Assembly (NCBI GenBank): GCA_047285805.1 | Contig: JBJBCN010000002.1 | Coordinates: forward strand, 448,001-512,000 | DNA: 64,000 nt | From: Synechococcus sp. | Lineage (GTDB): Bacteria > Cyanobacteriota > Cyanobacteriia > PCC-6307 > Cyanobiaceae | Direction of reading: 5' to 3' | In this document: positions 9,714 through 20,100 of the stretch, one piece after another | How the letters are laid out: each line of letters begins with the position of its first letter | Position numbering within the stretch: position 1 is the stretch's first letter | The notes under the pieces: generated by a model | What the model was told of the DNA's origin: nothing | The model's input: only the letters and a program-made list of their open reading frames with translations | Databases searched by the model: none | Translations under genes and position numbers: made by a program

Positions 9714-10712
9714 TCAGCCGCGGTGTTTCAGTCCGGCGTCATCAAAGACCGCCTCCAGGGTTGGCGCATGGCTTACCAAGCCAAACCGTTCCGGTGGGCT
9801 AATCGGGTAATGAACAAAGTGGCGCTGGCGGATCGAGAACCGATCCCAGGCGTTCACTTCAATGCGCAGCAATTTGATGAGGCCTTCGATCAGCCAGCCC
9901 CGCAGGTCCAGGCCAATCGGCGGATACCACCCGCGGCGCCAGCGACAGAGTCTCTTCACGGTCTCGTTCACCGTCACTGAAGGTTGGCCGAGGACCAAGC
10001 GCCGGACGGCCCCTTGACCCACCTCGGGGTTCGTTTGATGCGGATTCGTCGCCAGATGCGCGCAAACCCGCGCGATGTCAGCAGCATGGATGAAGTGGAA
10101 ACTGGCCTCCGCACGGAGCCACTTTGCTAGCCAGAGCCATCGAGCTCCCTCTTTCAGGCCAGCCGTAAGGTAGCTGGTGGGGAAGACGCCCGAGCCATCG
10201 ACGCGGCCACCGAAGACCAGCGTGGGGAAGACCGCCACGATCCTCTGGGCCAGAGCATGCTGCTCCAGCTGTTCAAGGCAGAGGGCTTTGGTCTGGATGT
10301 ACTCGGTGCCGTAGGGCATGGCCTCCGGCATCAACTGCAAATCCTTGTTGAGGATGCTGGCGGTGGAGAAATACACCACCTGCTCGAGGACCTGGGGATT
10401 GGTGGCCGCCAACATCTGCTTGACCGCGACCACATTGACCTGTTGAGCCCGCTCGGGATCTCCCCAAGCCGTAGCTGTGTGGATGATCCGCGTTGCTGAA
10501 GCAATCTGAGTGCGGTGGGGGTCCACGTCCCGCAGATCACCCACGAGCAGAGTGATGCGCGGATCGTCCGCGGGAACAGCCGTCAGCTTGCTGGGATCCC
10601 GCAGCCAGAGCAGCAGCTCGGCGTTGGTTTCCCGGTAGAGCAGATCAGCGATGTGTTGGCCAACGCAACCACTGGCCCCCGTGATCAGGATCCGTGCAGG
10701 GGCAGAACTCAA
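9714..10712 (-). CDS. NAD-dependent epimerase/dehydratase family protein
   Basis: [11 protein letters not shown]ossmann motif and YIQTK (YxxxK); coupled to hemE. Confidence 0.88.
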   Translation of the reverse strand: MSSAPARILITGASGCVGQHIADLLYRETNAELLLWLRDPSKLTAVPADDPRITLLVGDLRDVDPHRTQIASATRIIHTATAWGDPERAQQVNVVAVKQMLAATNPQVLEQVVYFSTASILNKDLQLMPEAMPYGTEYIQTKALCLEQLEQHALAQRIVAVFPTLVFGGRVDGSGVFPTSYLTAGLKEGARWLWLAKWLRAEASFHFIHAADIARVCAHLATNPHQTNPEVGQGAVRRLVLGQPSVTVNETVKRLCRWRRGWYPPIGLDLRGWLIEGLIKLLRIEVNAWDRFSIRQRHFVHYPISPPERFGLVSHAPTLEAVFDDAGLKHRG

Positions 10713-11767
10713 ATCGCGGCTCCGAGGCGATCCATGACGGACTTGCCGGCCTCGAAGAAGAACTGACCGTTCTCTTCAGGGGTACCCGGGAGGATGCCGT
10801 GGCCAAGGTTGAGGATGTGCTTGCGATCGCGGGCCTTCCGCACGCAGTCGTCGATGCGATCGCGGATGGCGTCTTGGCTGCCGAAGAGCAGGCCAGGGTC
10901 CACGTTGCCCTGAACACCGATGTGCTCGGGCATGCGGGCTAGGCCTTCCGCCATGTCCACGGTCCAGTCCAGCGAGACGATGTCCACGCCGGTGTTGGCC
11001 ATCCGCTCGATAACGCCAGCGCTGCCGGAGATGTAGAGGATGAAGGGGGTGTCGGGGTGGGACTGCTTGACCAGGTCTACCACTTTCTTTTGATAGGGTG
11101 CCGCGAAGGTGTCGTAGTCCGCGGGGCTGAGCTGACCGGCCCAGGAGTCGAACATCTGCACCACTTGGGCACCGGAGTCGATCTGGTAGCGCAGGTAATT
11201 GGCGATGGACTCTGCGAAGTGATCCAGCAGTTTGTGCAGGATCTGCGGTTCGCGGAAGGCCATGGCCTTGATCACAGCATAGTTCTTGCTGCTCTTGCCT
11301 TCCACGACATAGGCGGCGAGGGTCCAAGGAGCACCGACAAAACCCAAAACGGCAGCTTCGTTGCCAACGCTCTGGCGCAGGCGACTCAGCACCTCACCGA
11401 CGAAGGGCATGGTCTCGGCGGGGTTCAGGGGAGTCAGCGCCTCCACCTGAGCCATCGAGCGGATGGGGTCCTGGATTTGGGGACCTTTGCTCTCGATGAT
11501 GTCGAAGTCAATTCCCATGCCAGGCAGGGGCGTGAGGATGTCCGAGAACAGGATCACGCCGTCGGGCTTGAAGGCGTTGAACGGCTGCATCGAGATCTCG
11601 TAGGAGAGATCCGGGTTCTCAGAGCGCTCGCGGAAGCTGGGGTATTTATCGCGCAGGTCGCGGTAGATCTTCATGTACCGGCCGGCCTGACGCATCATCC
11701 AGACCGGTGGACGCTCCACCTGCTCACCACGGGCGGCTCGCAGCAGCAGGGGCGCGTTGGAAGACAT
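10709..11767 (-). CDS. hemE: Uroporphyrinogen decarboxylase
   Basis: [18 protein letters not shown] and NLGHG motifs. Confidence 0.97.
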   Translation of the reverse strand: MSSNAPLLLRAARGEQVERPPVWMMRQAGRYMKIYRDLRDKYPSFRERSENPDLSYEISMQPFNAFKPDGVILFSDILTPLPGMGIDFDIIESKGPQIQDPIRSMAQVEALTPLNPAETMPFVGEVLSRLRQSVGNEAAVLGFVGAPWTLAAYVVEGKSSKNYAVIKAMAFREPQILHKLLDHFAESIANYLRYQIDSGAQVVQMFDSWAGQLSPADYDTFAAPYQKKVVDLVKQSHPDTPFILYISGSAGVIERMANTGVDIVSLDWTVDMAEGLARMPEHIGVQGNVDPGLLFGSQDAIRDRIDDCVRKARDRKHILNLGHGILPGTPEENGQFFFEAGKSVMDRLGAAI

Positions 11768-11820
11768 GAGGAGTTGCGATGGGGCCTTGGAAGCTACCCG
11801 AGCGGCCTCCCGAATGCGGC

Positions 11821-14148
11821 CTACCGGGGACCGGGTCCCGCCGCTTCTTCACGAACTTCAGTGTCCGCATCCGCTTGGCGTTGCTGGCTGTGCTTCTCAT
11901 CCCGCTTGAAGACGAGCACCGATAGGGGAGGAAGACAAAGGTCCAGGGAGTTCTCGTAGCTGTGGATCCCCCACTCTTCGGTGAATTTGCCCCCCAGGTT
12001 GCCCAAGTTGCTGCCGCCGTAGCGGGCGGCATCGGTGTTGATGACCTCGGTGTAAAACCCGCTCAAAGGAACGCCAACGCGATAGTGGGAATGGCTTTGG
12101 GGTGTGAAGTTCGCAACTACCACCAGCCACTGGCCGGTGGTGCTCTCCCGGCGCATGAAGCTGATCACAGAATGCCGGTTGTCATTGCAATCGATCCACT
12201 GGAAGCCGTACTCCTCGAAGTCGTCGCGCCAGAGAGCTGGTTCTGACTTGTAGAAGACGTTGAGGTCATCCACCAGGAGCTGCAGTCCTTGATGGGGTTG
12301 GTACTGGAGCAGATCCCACTGCAGATCCCCCCAGACATTCCATTCAGCCCGTTGGCCGAATTCCATCCCCATGAAGATGGTCTTCTTGCCGGGGTGGGTC
12401 CACATGTAGGCCAGGAGGGCCCTGGTGTTAGCAAACTTCTGCCAATCGTCCCCGGGCATCTTGTGGAGCAAGTTGCTCTTGCCGTGAACCACCTCGTCGT
12501 GGCTTAGGGCGAGCATGAAGTTCTCGGTGTAGGCGTACCAGATTGAGAAGGTGACGTTGTTCTGGTGGAACTGGCGGAACCAGGGATCGAGCTCGAAGTA
12601 ATCGAGCATGTCGTGCATCCAGCCCATGTTCCATTTGAGGTTGAATCCCAACCCGCCCATGTCCGTGGGCTTGGTGACCATCGGCCAGGTGGTGGATTCC
12701 TCGGCGATGGAGAGGGCGCCAGGGAAGTGCTGGAAGAGCACGTGGTTCGCCTGCTGCAGGAACTGCACGGCTTCCGTATTCTCGCGTCCACCGTGCTCGT
12801 TCGGGATCCATTCCCCGTCGGGACGCAGATAGTCCCGGTAGAGCATCGAGGCCACGGCATCCACCCGGATGCCGTCGATGTGGAACTGTTCGAACCAATA
12901 GATCAGGTTCGCCACGAGGAAGTTGCGGACTTCGTTGCGGCTGTAGTTGAAGATCAGCGTCCCCCACTCCTTGTGCTCGCCGATCCGCGGATCCGAGTGT
13001 TCATAGAGGTGGGCACCATCGAAGAAGGCCAGGCCGTGGGCATCCTTGGGGAAGTGTCCTGGGACCCAGTCGAGGATCACGCCAATGCCCTCGGCGTGGC
13101 AGCGATCGACGAAGGCGCGGAACTCATCGGGCCGGCCGAAGCGGCTGGTGGGGGCATACCAGCCGGTCACCTGATAACCCCAAGACCCATCGAAGGGATG
13201 CTCCGAGATGGGCATCAGCTCGATGTGGGTAAAGCCCCTCGCTTTGACGTAGGGGATCACCCGATCGGCCAGTTCGGGATAGGTCAGCAGACGGGCCCCG
13301 GGTTTGAGGTCCGCTGCGGGGACGGGCGCCCGTGCGTTTCCGTCGGCTTCGATGTAGGGCTGATCAGCAGCGGCATGCATCCAGCTGCCGAGGTGCATCT
13401 CGTAGACCGAGATTGGCTGATCGAGGGGATTGCGGCTGTCGCGTTCCTGTATCCAACGGCCATCGCCCCAGCTGTACCCCTCCAGGGCTTCGACGACCGA
13501 TCCGTTGTCGGGCCTGACCTCATGGCGGAAGCCATAGGGGTCAGCCTTTTGGTAACAGTGCCCCTGCTGGCTGCGGATCTCGTACTTATAGATCTCGCCA
13601 GGTTTCAGGCCAGGAATGAACAGTTCCCAGCCACCACCCAAGCGGGCTTGCATGGGGTGGTGGCGTCCGTCCCAACTGTTGAAACTACCCAGGACGGAAA
13701 CGCTGCGGGCGTTTGGAGCCCAGAGGCAGAACATGACGCCGGCGACCCCGTCGCGCGTCACCACGTGGGCACCCATCTTTTGCCAGATGTGGTGGTGGTT
13801 GCCTTCAGCGAAGAGATGGCGATCGAGCTCGCCCATCCACTCGTCGCGGAAGGCCCAGGGGTCGTGGCTGACGTGTTCGATGCCCCCCCGTTGGACCCGG
13901 ACCTGGTAGCCACTGCCGGGGTTGCCGGGGAGTTCGGTTTCGAAGACCCAGGGGTGATGGGGGGTCTCCATCATCTGGGGTGCACCGGCGACGATCAGCT
14001 CGACACGATCGGCTTCCGGCATCCAGACGCGAACGGCCCATTTGCCGTTGTCGAGTGGATGCGGACCAAGGACAGCTTGGGGATGGTCATGGCGGCATTC
14101 CGCAAGGCGCTGACCGTCTTCAACCATCCACTCGAGCTGAGCCAGCAC
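11821..14148 (-). CDS. glgB: 1,4-alpha-glucan branching enzyme
   Basis: [34 protein letters not shown] and [10 protein letters not shown] motifs. Confidence 0.97.
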   Translation of the reverse strand: MLAQLEWMVEDGQRLAECRHDHPQAVLGPHPLDNGKWAVRVWMPEADRVELIVAGAPQMMETPHHPWVFETELPGNPGSGYQVRVQRGGIEHVSHDPWAFRDEWMGELDRHLFAEGNHHHIWQKMGAHVVTRDGVAGVMFCLWAPNARSVSVLGSFNSWDGRHHPMQARLGGGWELFIPGLKPGEIYKYEIRSQQGHCYQKADPYGFRHEVRPDNGSVVEALEGYSWGDGRWIQERDSRNPLDQPISVYEMHLGSWMHAAADQPYIEADGNARAPVPAADLKPGARLLTYPELADRVIPYVKARGFTHIELMPISEHPFDGSWGYQVTGWYAPTSRFGRPDEFRAFVDRCHAEGIGVILDWVPGHFPKDAHGLAFFDGAHLYEHSDPRIGEHKEWGTLIFNYSRNEVRNFLVANLIYWFEQFHIDGIRVDAVASMLYRDYLRPDGEWIPNEHGGRENTEAVQFLQQANHVLFQHFPGALSIAEESTTWPMVTKPTDMGGLGFNLKWNMGWMHDMLDYFELDPWFRQFHQNNVTFSIWYAYTENFMLALSHDEVVHGKSNLLHKMPGDDWQKFANTRALLAYMWTHPGKKTIFMGMEFGQRAEWNVWGDLQWDLLQYQPHQGLQLLVDDLNVFYKSEPALWRDDFEEYGFQWIDCNDNRHSVISFMRRESTTGQWLVVVANFTPQSHSHYRVGVPLSGFYTEVINTDAARYGGSNLGNLGGKFTEEWGIHSYENSLDLCLPPLSVLVFKRDEKHSQQRQADADTEVREEAAGPGPR

Positions 14149-14193
14149 AGGACCTCAAGGCAAAGCGTGGATGGGAGCTTAAGCGGGTTTTGC

Positions 14194-14310
14194 TTAAGAA
14201 GCTGCAGCCTGTGCATCAGGTTCTTCAGGGAAGTCGACCACCTTGATTTGGTTCTCGTTGTTGAAAATCACGTAAAGGTTGTCGCTCAGCGGGTTGAAGT
14301 GCACGTTCAC
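14194..14310 (-). CDS. Candidate 38-aa small protein
   Basis: GTG...TAA ORF filling the CocE-glgB gap: MNVHFNPLSDNLYVIFNNENQIKVVDFPEEPDAQAAAS; below the ORF-track cutoff. Confidence 0.45.
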   Translation of the reverse strand: MNVHFNPLSDNLYVIFNNENQIKVVDFPEEPDAQAAAS

Positions 14311-14366
14311 GAGCCGCAGGCGTATGTCCGGGGTGCATTTCGTATTGCAGAGGCTCGAGGTGGGCC

Positions 14367-15935
14367 TCAGTTTCCCCCAACCAATGGAAGAATTCTGAGG
14401 GTTCCATCGCCCAGCTTCAGCGTGACCGTGATTACGCGATGCTCAGCCCCCACGCGCGAGCGAGGCTGTGATCCATCGCCAGGATTGATGGCGATCTGAG
14501 GCCAGGCCGCGAGGGCGATTGAGAGCCTCAGGGTGCAGCCCGCCTCGAGTTTCGCCAGCAGCGGTTGGAGTTCCACCGAACGATGTTGGCTCTGTTGGGC
14601 GTCTGGGCCAAGGAAGCGGGCGAAGCCGGTGGAGAGCTGCTCGACCCGGCCATCCCGGTGGCAGACGGAGAGTGCGGCACAGAGATCAAAGCCGGGTTGA
14701 TCGGCAGCGGCCTCCAGCTCCAAGTGGGGTCGGCCATAGACCTCGATGGGCTCATCCAAGGTCGCCGCGGTGAAACAAGCCACATCGGTGCGGGCATCGA
14801 GATCGCAACGATCAACCGGTCCCGCGTCCAGCCCAAGGTGACCGCCCCGGCCGGCAACGGCACGCCAGGGGTCATGCACAATTACCACCTCCGCCGCCCC
14901 GGCCACCTGCTCAAGCAATCGCCCTTCGCCGGGAACCCTGGCGGCCAGTCCTTCGCTGGCCAGGTGCCAACTCTGCCCCGAGCAATCCTGGGGTGCGCGG
15001 GCTTGCCACTGCCCGCTCCTTTCCATCAAGACCGTCTCCGCTGGGGCGATGGGTTTTTGACCGCAGAGGTATCGGAGGAAGAACTCCAGCTGCAATTGAT
15101 CGATGCCCACTCCCCAGTCCAGGTGGGTCCAGGCACCGATGCGCAGCAGCGGCCCCCCGCCAGCCGCTACGGAGCGCCGCCAGAGATCCAGGACGCCGTT
15201 GAGGTGCGGGTCATGCCAGCCGCCAATGATCAGCATTGGTCGGTTCCAGAGCTCCGGGGGGGGCTCATGAACGCGCCACTTGGTGCTGTTTTGGGGATCA
15301 GCCTTCAGCCACTGCAGTCCTAGCCCTGTGGGGTCGAAGCGCTCCAGCAAAGCCAGGCCATCGCACAGGAAGCTGCCGTTCTCGAGGCTCAGGCGAATCT
15401 CTTGCCAGCCCTGCCGGTCCCCCTGGCGCTGGCAGCGTTGGGCAGCGAGCTGCAGGGCCCAACCCAACCCCAGCGCCCACCAGTGGCATCCACCATCGCT
15501 GGCCCAATGCAACCGTTCGTCCAGTCCACACATCGCTGGTGCGAGTGCGTCGGGCAGATGCTGCGCATCGGAATAGAGCAGTTGGCTGAGGCCCTGATAC
15601 GAGAAGCCATAGGTGCCCACCTTTCCATTGCACCAGGGTTGCTCTCGGATCCAGCGCAGGGTCTCCGTGGCGTCGCTTGCCTCCTGGGCAAAACCACCGA
15701 AATCACCACCCGAATCACCCCGTCCGCGGACGTCTTGAACGAGGACCGCAAATCCAGCCTCGCTGTACCAACGCGGATGGGCATAGGTGACCGTCGAAGC
15801 AATGGCGCGGCCGTATGGCTGGCGCATCAGAAGGCAGGGCCAGGGGCCTTCGCCTGCGGGCGTCCAAAGCGTGGCTGTAAGGATTGTGCCGTCAGCGCAG
15901 CGCAGCTGCTCCTGGCTCAACGGACGTTCGGGCAA
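14367..15935 (-). CDS. CocE/NonD family hydrolase
   Basis: LLMRQPYGR, QDVRGRGDS, nucleophile GFSYQG and GGWHD. Confidence 0.92.
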   Translation of the reverse strand: MPERPLSQEQLRCADGTILTATLWTPAGEGPWPCLLMRQPYGRAIASTVTYAHPRWYSEAGFAVLVQDVRGRGDSGGDFGGFAQEASDATETLRWIREQPWCNGKVGTYGFSYQGLSQLLYSDAQHLPDALAPAMCGLDERLHWASDGGCHWWALGLGWALQLAAQRCQRQGDRQGWQEIRLSLENGSFLCDGLALLERFDPTGLGLQWLKADPQNSTKWRVHEPPPELWNRPMLIIGGWHDPHLNGVLDLWRRSVAAGGGPLLRIGAWTHLDWGVGIDQLQLEFFLRYLCGQKPIAPAETVLMERSGQWQARAPQDCSGQSWHLASEGLAARVPGEGRLLEQVAGAAEVVIVHDPWRAVAGRGGHLGLDAGPVDRCDLDARTDVACFTAATLDEPIEVYGRPHLELEAAADQPGFDLCAALSVCHRDGRVEQLSTGFARFLGPDAQQSQHRSVELQPLLAKLEAGCTLRLSIALAAWPQIAINPGDGSQPRSRVGAEHRVITVTLKLGDGTLRILPLVGGN

Positions 15936-16201
15936 TAAAGGCCCACGACATAGGTTGACAAAATTTCAGCGTCGGTGCTGTTCAGGCCCTGTTGCTTTGC
16001 GATCTGGGCGGTGGTTTCAGGGGAGTTGTAGGAGAGGCCGCGTGCGTTGAGCGCCTGGAGTTCGGCGCAGAGCGCTTTGGCCTTCTGGGGATTCTGTTTG
16101 ACCAATTCCAACAGGGCGGAGTCCGCCAGAGCTGGAGCGACCGGGATCAGGTTGAGGAAGGTGGCGGCCAGGGACAGGCCGCAAAGGCGGAGGCTTGTCA
16201 C
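15917..16201 (-). CDS. Small secreted hypothetical protein
   Basis: Signal peptide ending ALA-D; two Cys (ALC...GLYCP). Confidence 0.7.
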   Translation of the reverse strand: MTSLRLCGLSLAATFLNLIPVAPALADSALLELVKQNPQKAKALCAELQALNARGLSYNSPETTAQIAKQQGLNSTDAEILSTYVVGLYCPNVR

Positions 16202-16262
16202 TGGTGGGGCTCCTTATTTACTTATTTCAGGTCGCCTCCGCTACAGCGAACCAACCCAGGGG

Positions 16263-16676
16263 TCAGTTCCTTGAGCGACCGGCGTCCTGGGCCCGTTGGA
16301 TCCAGGCGCGAACTAGTGCCGCGGTGATGCGGGCTGGAGCCATTCCGGTGAGGGAGCGCTCAAGCCGCCCGAGTTGTGTAAGCAGTTGTTGAGGGGAGGC
16401 TGCAGCAAGGCCCTGCCGACTGGCGATGCCCGCGTAGAGCAGCAGTGCCGCTTGGTAAGGCTCCAGACCCAACTCCACGATCAGTTGGGCTTGTCCCCGC
16501 AGTTTCCGCAGTTGGCGTTCCAGTGCCCCACCTCGCCTCGAGAGCTGATCGAGCTCCCGATCGCTCAGGCAGGCAATCGCTCTCCAGCTATCGATACCGG
16601 CGGCGATCAGCACAGCCTGCTCCCGAGAAAAATGAGTGGGAAGCGGATAGGGAGAGGAACCCGGCTCGATGCTCAC
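16263..16676 (-). CDS. DUF4332 domain protein
   Basis: ALLLYAGIASRQGLA and VRAWIQRA resemble DUF4332; GTG 16676 overlaps the Ycf51 stop (GTGA). Confidence 0.7.
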   Translation of the reverse strand: MSIEPGSSPYPLPTHFSREQAVLIAAGIDSWRAIACLSDRELDQLSRRGGALERQLRKLRGQAQLIVELGLEPYQAALLLYAGIASRQGLAAASPQQLLTQLGRLERSLTGMAPARITAALVRAWIQRAQDAGRSRN

Positions 16677-17146
16677 CGGTTGGCGTTCACGCTGACGCTG
16701 ACCTCGCCACTGGACCAAGTGCGCACGGCAGTGGCCAGCACTACGGGACGATCGCTGCCATCGCCTTGGGGGTCCACGCGGCGGAGGCGCACCTCCACGG
16801 TGGGGTCCTTCCGGCCGCTGCCCCGCAGGTTGCGGGCCACCTGCTCAACGCTGGGTCCAAAGGTCTTGGCATCCATGTCAGCCGGGGCGGCGGCGACGAC
16901 CAGATCGGAGCCGTTGTCGAAAACCACCGGAACGCTCACGGCTCCATCGACGAGCAGCCTGGGGGCATAGCTCACCGCGAAGGCCAGGCAGGAGAGCGAG
17001 AGCAGCACGGTGAAGCTGGTGACGCCAACGAGGCGAAAGCGAAAGCCCCAGCGCGCCATAAAGGCCACAACGGTGATCAGCAGCAGTCCACCAGCGGCAA
17101 TCCCCAGCCATTCGCCAGCCGTGAGCAAGAGGGGATCGGCGCGCAT
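16673..17146 (-). CDS. Ycf51 family (DUF2518) protein
   Basis: WGFRFRLVGVTSFT and VVFDNGSDLVVA; start ATG 17146. Confidence 0.85.
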   Translation of the reverse strand: MRADPLLLTAGEWLGIAAGGLLLITVVAFMARWGFRFRLVGVTSFTVLLSLSCLAFAVSYAPRLLVDGAVSVPVVFDNGSDLVVAAAPADMDAKTFGPSVEQVARNLRGSGRKDPTVEVRLRRVDPQGDGSDRPVVLATAVRTWSSGEVSVSVNANR

Positions 17147-17179
17147 GGGGAATGTTCTTGATCGGGAAACACTCTTATA

Positions 17180-20100
17180 TTGCTGCCTTCTCAGCCCCCG
17201 AGACCCACGGGCCCAGCGCGCCGCCGACGGAATTCCAGAACGCGCGGCCCCGCGGCCTCTTCCCTGCCTGCCCTGCTGGCGGCTGCGGGTGTTGCGCTGA
17301 CTTGGGTTGGCCTCGACCGGGTCGCGGCTTGGCAGTACGGCCTGCGCAAACCCTGGCTCGAATTGCTTGCTAGTCGCTCCATGGGCCACCCCTTGGAGCT
17401 GGGTTCATATCGCGGCTTGCGTCCTTTCGGCTTGGCCGCTGGGGCCAGTCGGTTTAAGCCGGGGATCGATAATCCGTCGACAATCGAGGCTGAGTCAGTT
17501 TCGGCGGCCCTCGACCCCCTGCGGAGCCTTCTGAGCCGCCGTTGGGTCCTTCAATTTCAGATCCATCGCGCCCGCATCGACCTTCGGCGCAATAGCCAGG
17601 GTTCCCTCTGGCAGATGGGCCGTGTGCCCCCCGGCGCTGAGCCGCCACCACTCACCCTTCGCTACAGCCTGAGCGGCGGTCCGGCCCAGGTCCAGCTGCA
17701 TGGGGTCAATGGATCCAAGGCCTCATTGGCCATGGCCGGATCCCTCGCGGTCGATTTGCGCGGCCGTCGCCTGGAGTCTTCGCTGCAACTCCGGCCGGCT
17801 GGTGGTGGTCGGCTTGGTGTGGACATCACCAATGCCTGGCAACGCCAACGCCTTCGAGCCCAGCTGCAGCCCAGGGCATTCAAGCTCGCCTCGCTCTTGC
17901 CCTGGCTGCCCGGCGGCCTCAAGGCCGATGTCAGCGGAGCGCTCAATGGACGCCTGAGCCTGGAACGCTCCCCAACCAGTGACCGCTGCCAGGGCCAGAT
18001 CCAGCTGGCTCAGCTGCGTTGGCGCCCGTCTTCTAAGACGGACCCATTGCAGTCCGATCGCTTGGATCTGCGCTGTAGTCCCCAGGGACTGCGTTTGGCT
18101 GCCTCACCCCTGGAGTGGGGGGGCTGGCGCGGGAGTGTGCAGGGGGCGTTGCCGTTGGTTGGTGCCCGCGCCAATCAGCTCGCGCTGCAACTCCAGGCCC
18201 GTGAGCCCAAGGCCGGCCATCGCCTGCGGGCGGAGCTCGCTGGACCGCTGGATCAGCTCCAGCTGGACCTGGGTGGCCAATGGCAGGGGGCCGAGCCATT
18301 GCAACTCCAGGCCAAGGCGCTGTTGCGCAACAAACGGGGCTTCAAGGCTGCTTTGGAACGTTTGGTGCTGCGTCAGGGCGGCGGTGAGCTGGTGGCTCGC
18401 GGTGCCCTCTGGCCAAGGCTGCAGCTGCACAGCGAACGCATCAAGTTGGGTGCCCGTCAGCGTCAGGCTTGGGGGCCGGCCCTGGGCTCCACGGACACGC
18501 TGCAACTGCAGCTGCAGCTGCAGCAGCTCGGCGAGTGGAGTCAGCCCCAGCTTGCTCTTGAGCTCCAGCAGCCTGAAAACCCTCTGTTCGGCTCGATTCG
18601 CTCCCGCTTGACGTGGCGTCCCTCGGCCTTGCGTCTGGAGTCCTTTGACTCCCCCTATCTGACGGCCCAGGGGCCGTTGCCTCTGCAGGGCAAGCCCATG
18701 CGCCTGGCCATTGACCTGCGGCGTTATCCCCTTGCGCGGCTGTCTCCGCTGGTCGGATCCACGCTGCGCGGAGTGCTGAGTGCCGCCGGAACCGTTGAGG
18801 GGTCCTGGCAACAGCTCCGGCCGGATCTGCGCCTGCAGGCTGATGCCCCCGGGGTGGGACTGATTGGTCTTGAGGAGCGTTGGGTTGGCCAGCTCCAAGC
18901 TGTGGCCCAAGGCGGTGCCCGTCTACGCCTTGAGACCACCACGGTGCCTGGCGTGCTCGAGGCTCAATTGGATTCTCGTTGGCAACCGTCGCGGGCCAGC
19001 CTGAGGCGGGCTGGGGGCGAGTTGGTCCTGAGTGGAGCCAACCAGCGCTACCGCTGGCGCGCCAAGCGCCTCCCCCTCTCGGGCTTGGATCTGGCCCTGT
19101 GGCGGTCGGCGGCTCCCCAACCCCTCTCGGGCTATCTGAGCGGCCAAGGCGCCTTGGCCCTGAATCCCTTTGCTCTCAATGGCGAGCTTCGTGTTGAGCA
19201 GCCCCAGCTCTTCGGGCTCTTTGGCCGCTGGCTGCAGGCCAAAGCGGACTTCAGCCAGCGTCGCTTCCGTCTGGATGGCCAGTGGCAGGCACTGGGCTTT
19301 GGATCGGTGGGGATCCAGCTCAAGGGTCAGCAGGCCGGTCCGCTTTGGTTGCGCCTAGAAGCGCGCCAACTCCAATCGCAAACCCTGCAGGAACTGCTGG
19401 CGGCTGTGCCCCAATGGGGCGGCTTAGCCCTGGCCCCATCCGGCAGGGCCTTCGATTTGGGCACGCTGGTGTTCAACACCCAGGGCTTCTCCCTCGGCGA
19501 CCAGCTGGGGGCCTTGGCCCAAGCCCAGCGTCAACGCCAACGGGCGAGCTCCCTTGGCCGGCAGGTTCAACTTGAGGATCTGCGAGGTGTCCTTGACGCT
19601 GATTTCACCCTGCGGGGGCCATCCGCCGATCAACTGTTTGTCGACTTGGCGGCCAAAGGCCATCTCTGGCTGCAGGGCACCGACCGCGATCTGGCGCTGA
19701 CGGATCAGCCCACGTTGGTTCGGCTCCATGGGCCCCTGAATCAGGGGGGGGAGTTTGAGCTGTCCCACTTGCCCCTGGTGCTGTTGGCCCTGGTGGCCCC
19801 CATTCCTGAGGGCCTGCGCGGTTCCCTCTCCAGCCGCGGTTCCTATCGCCTCGGCGGTCGGGATCAAGCCCCGTCGTTCGCGCTGAATTTGGGCCTGCAG
19901 GACGGCTCCCTCTATGGGGAGCCGCTGTCCCTGGAACGGGGTGAGCTGACGCTGCAGGACAACCGGTTGGCGATCGACTGGGTCCTCCGGGGAGGGGGGG
20001 CATCGGAGGTCGTCGATCTGCGCGGTCAGGTGCCGCTGCAGGTGGCAGCGGAGGATCTCGAACTGCGGATTGGTAGCCGTGGCGATGGCCTTCGCTTCCT

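Noticed and set aside
12565..14499. 644-aa plus-strand ORF
   Set aside because: It is the antisense shadow of glgB, expected from GC-rich codon bias, and has no motifs.
18499..18530. CAGCTG-type short repeats in tamB
   Set aside because: They encode an LQLQLQ beta strand; coding low complexity only.
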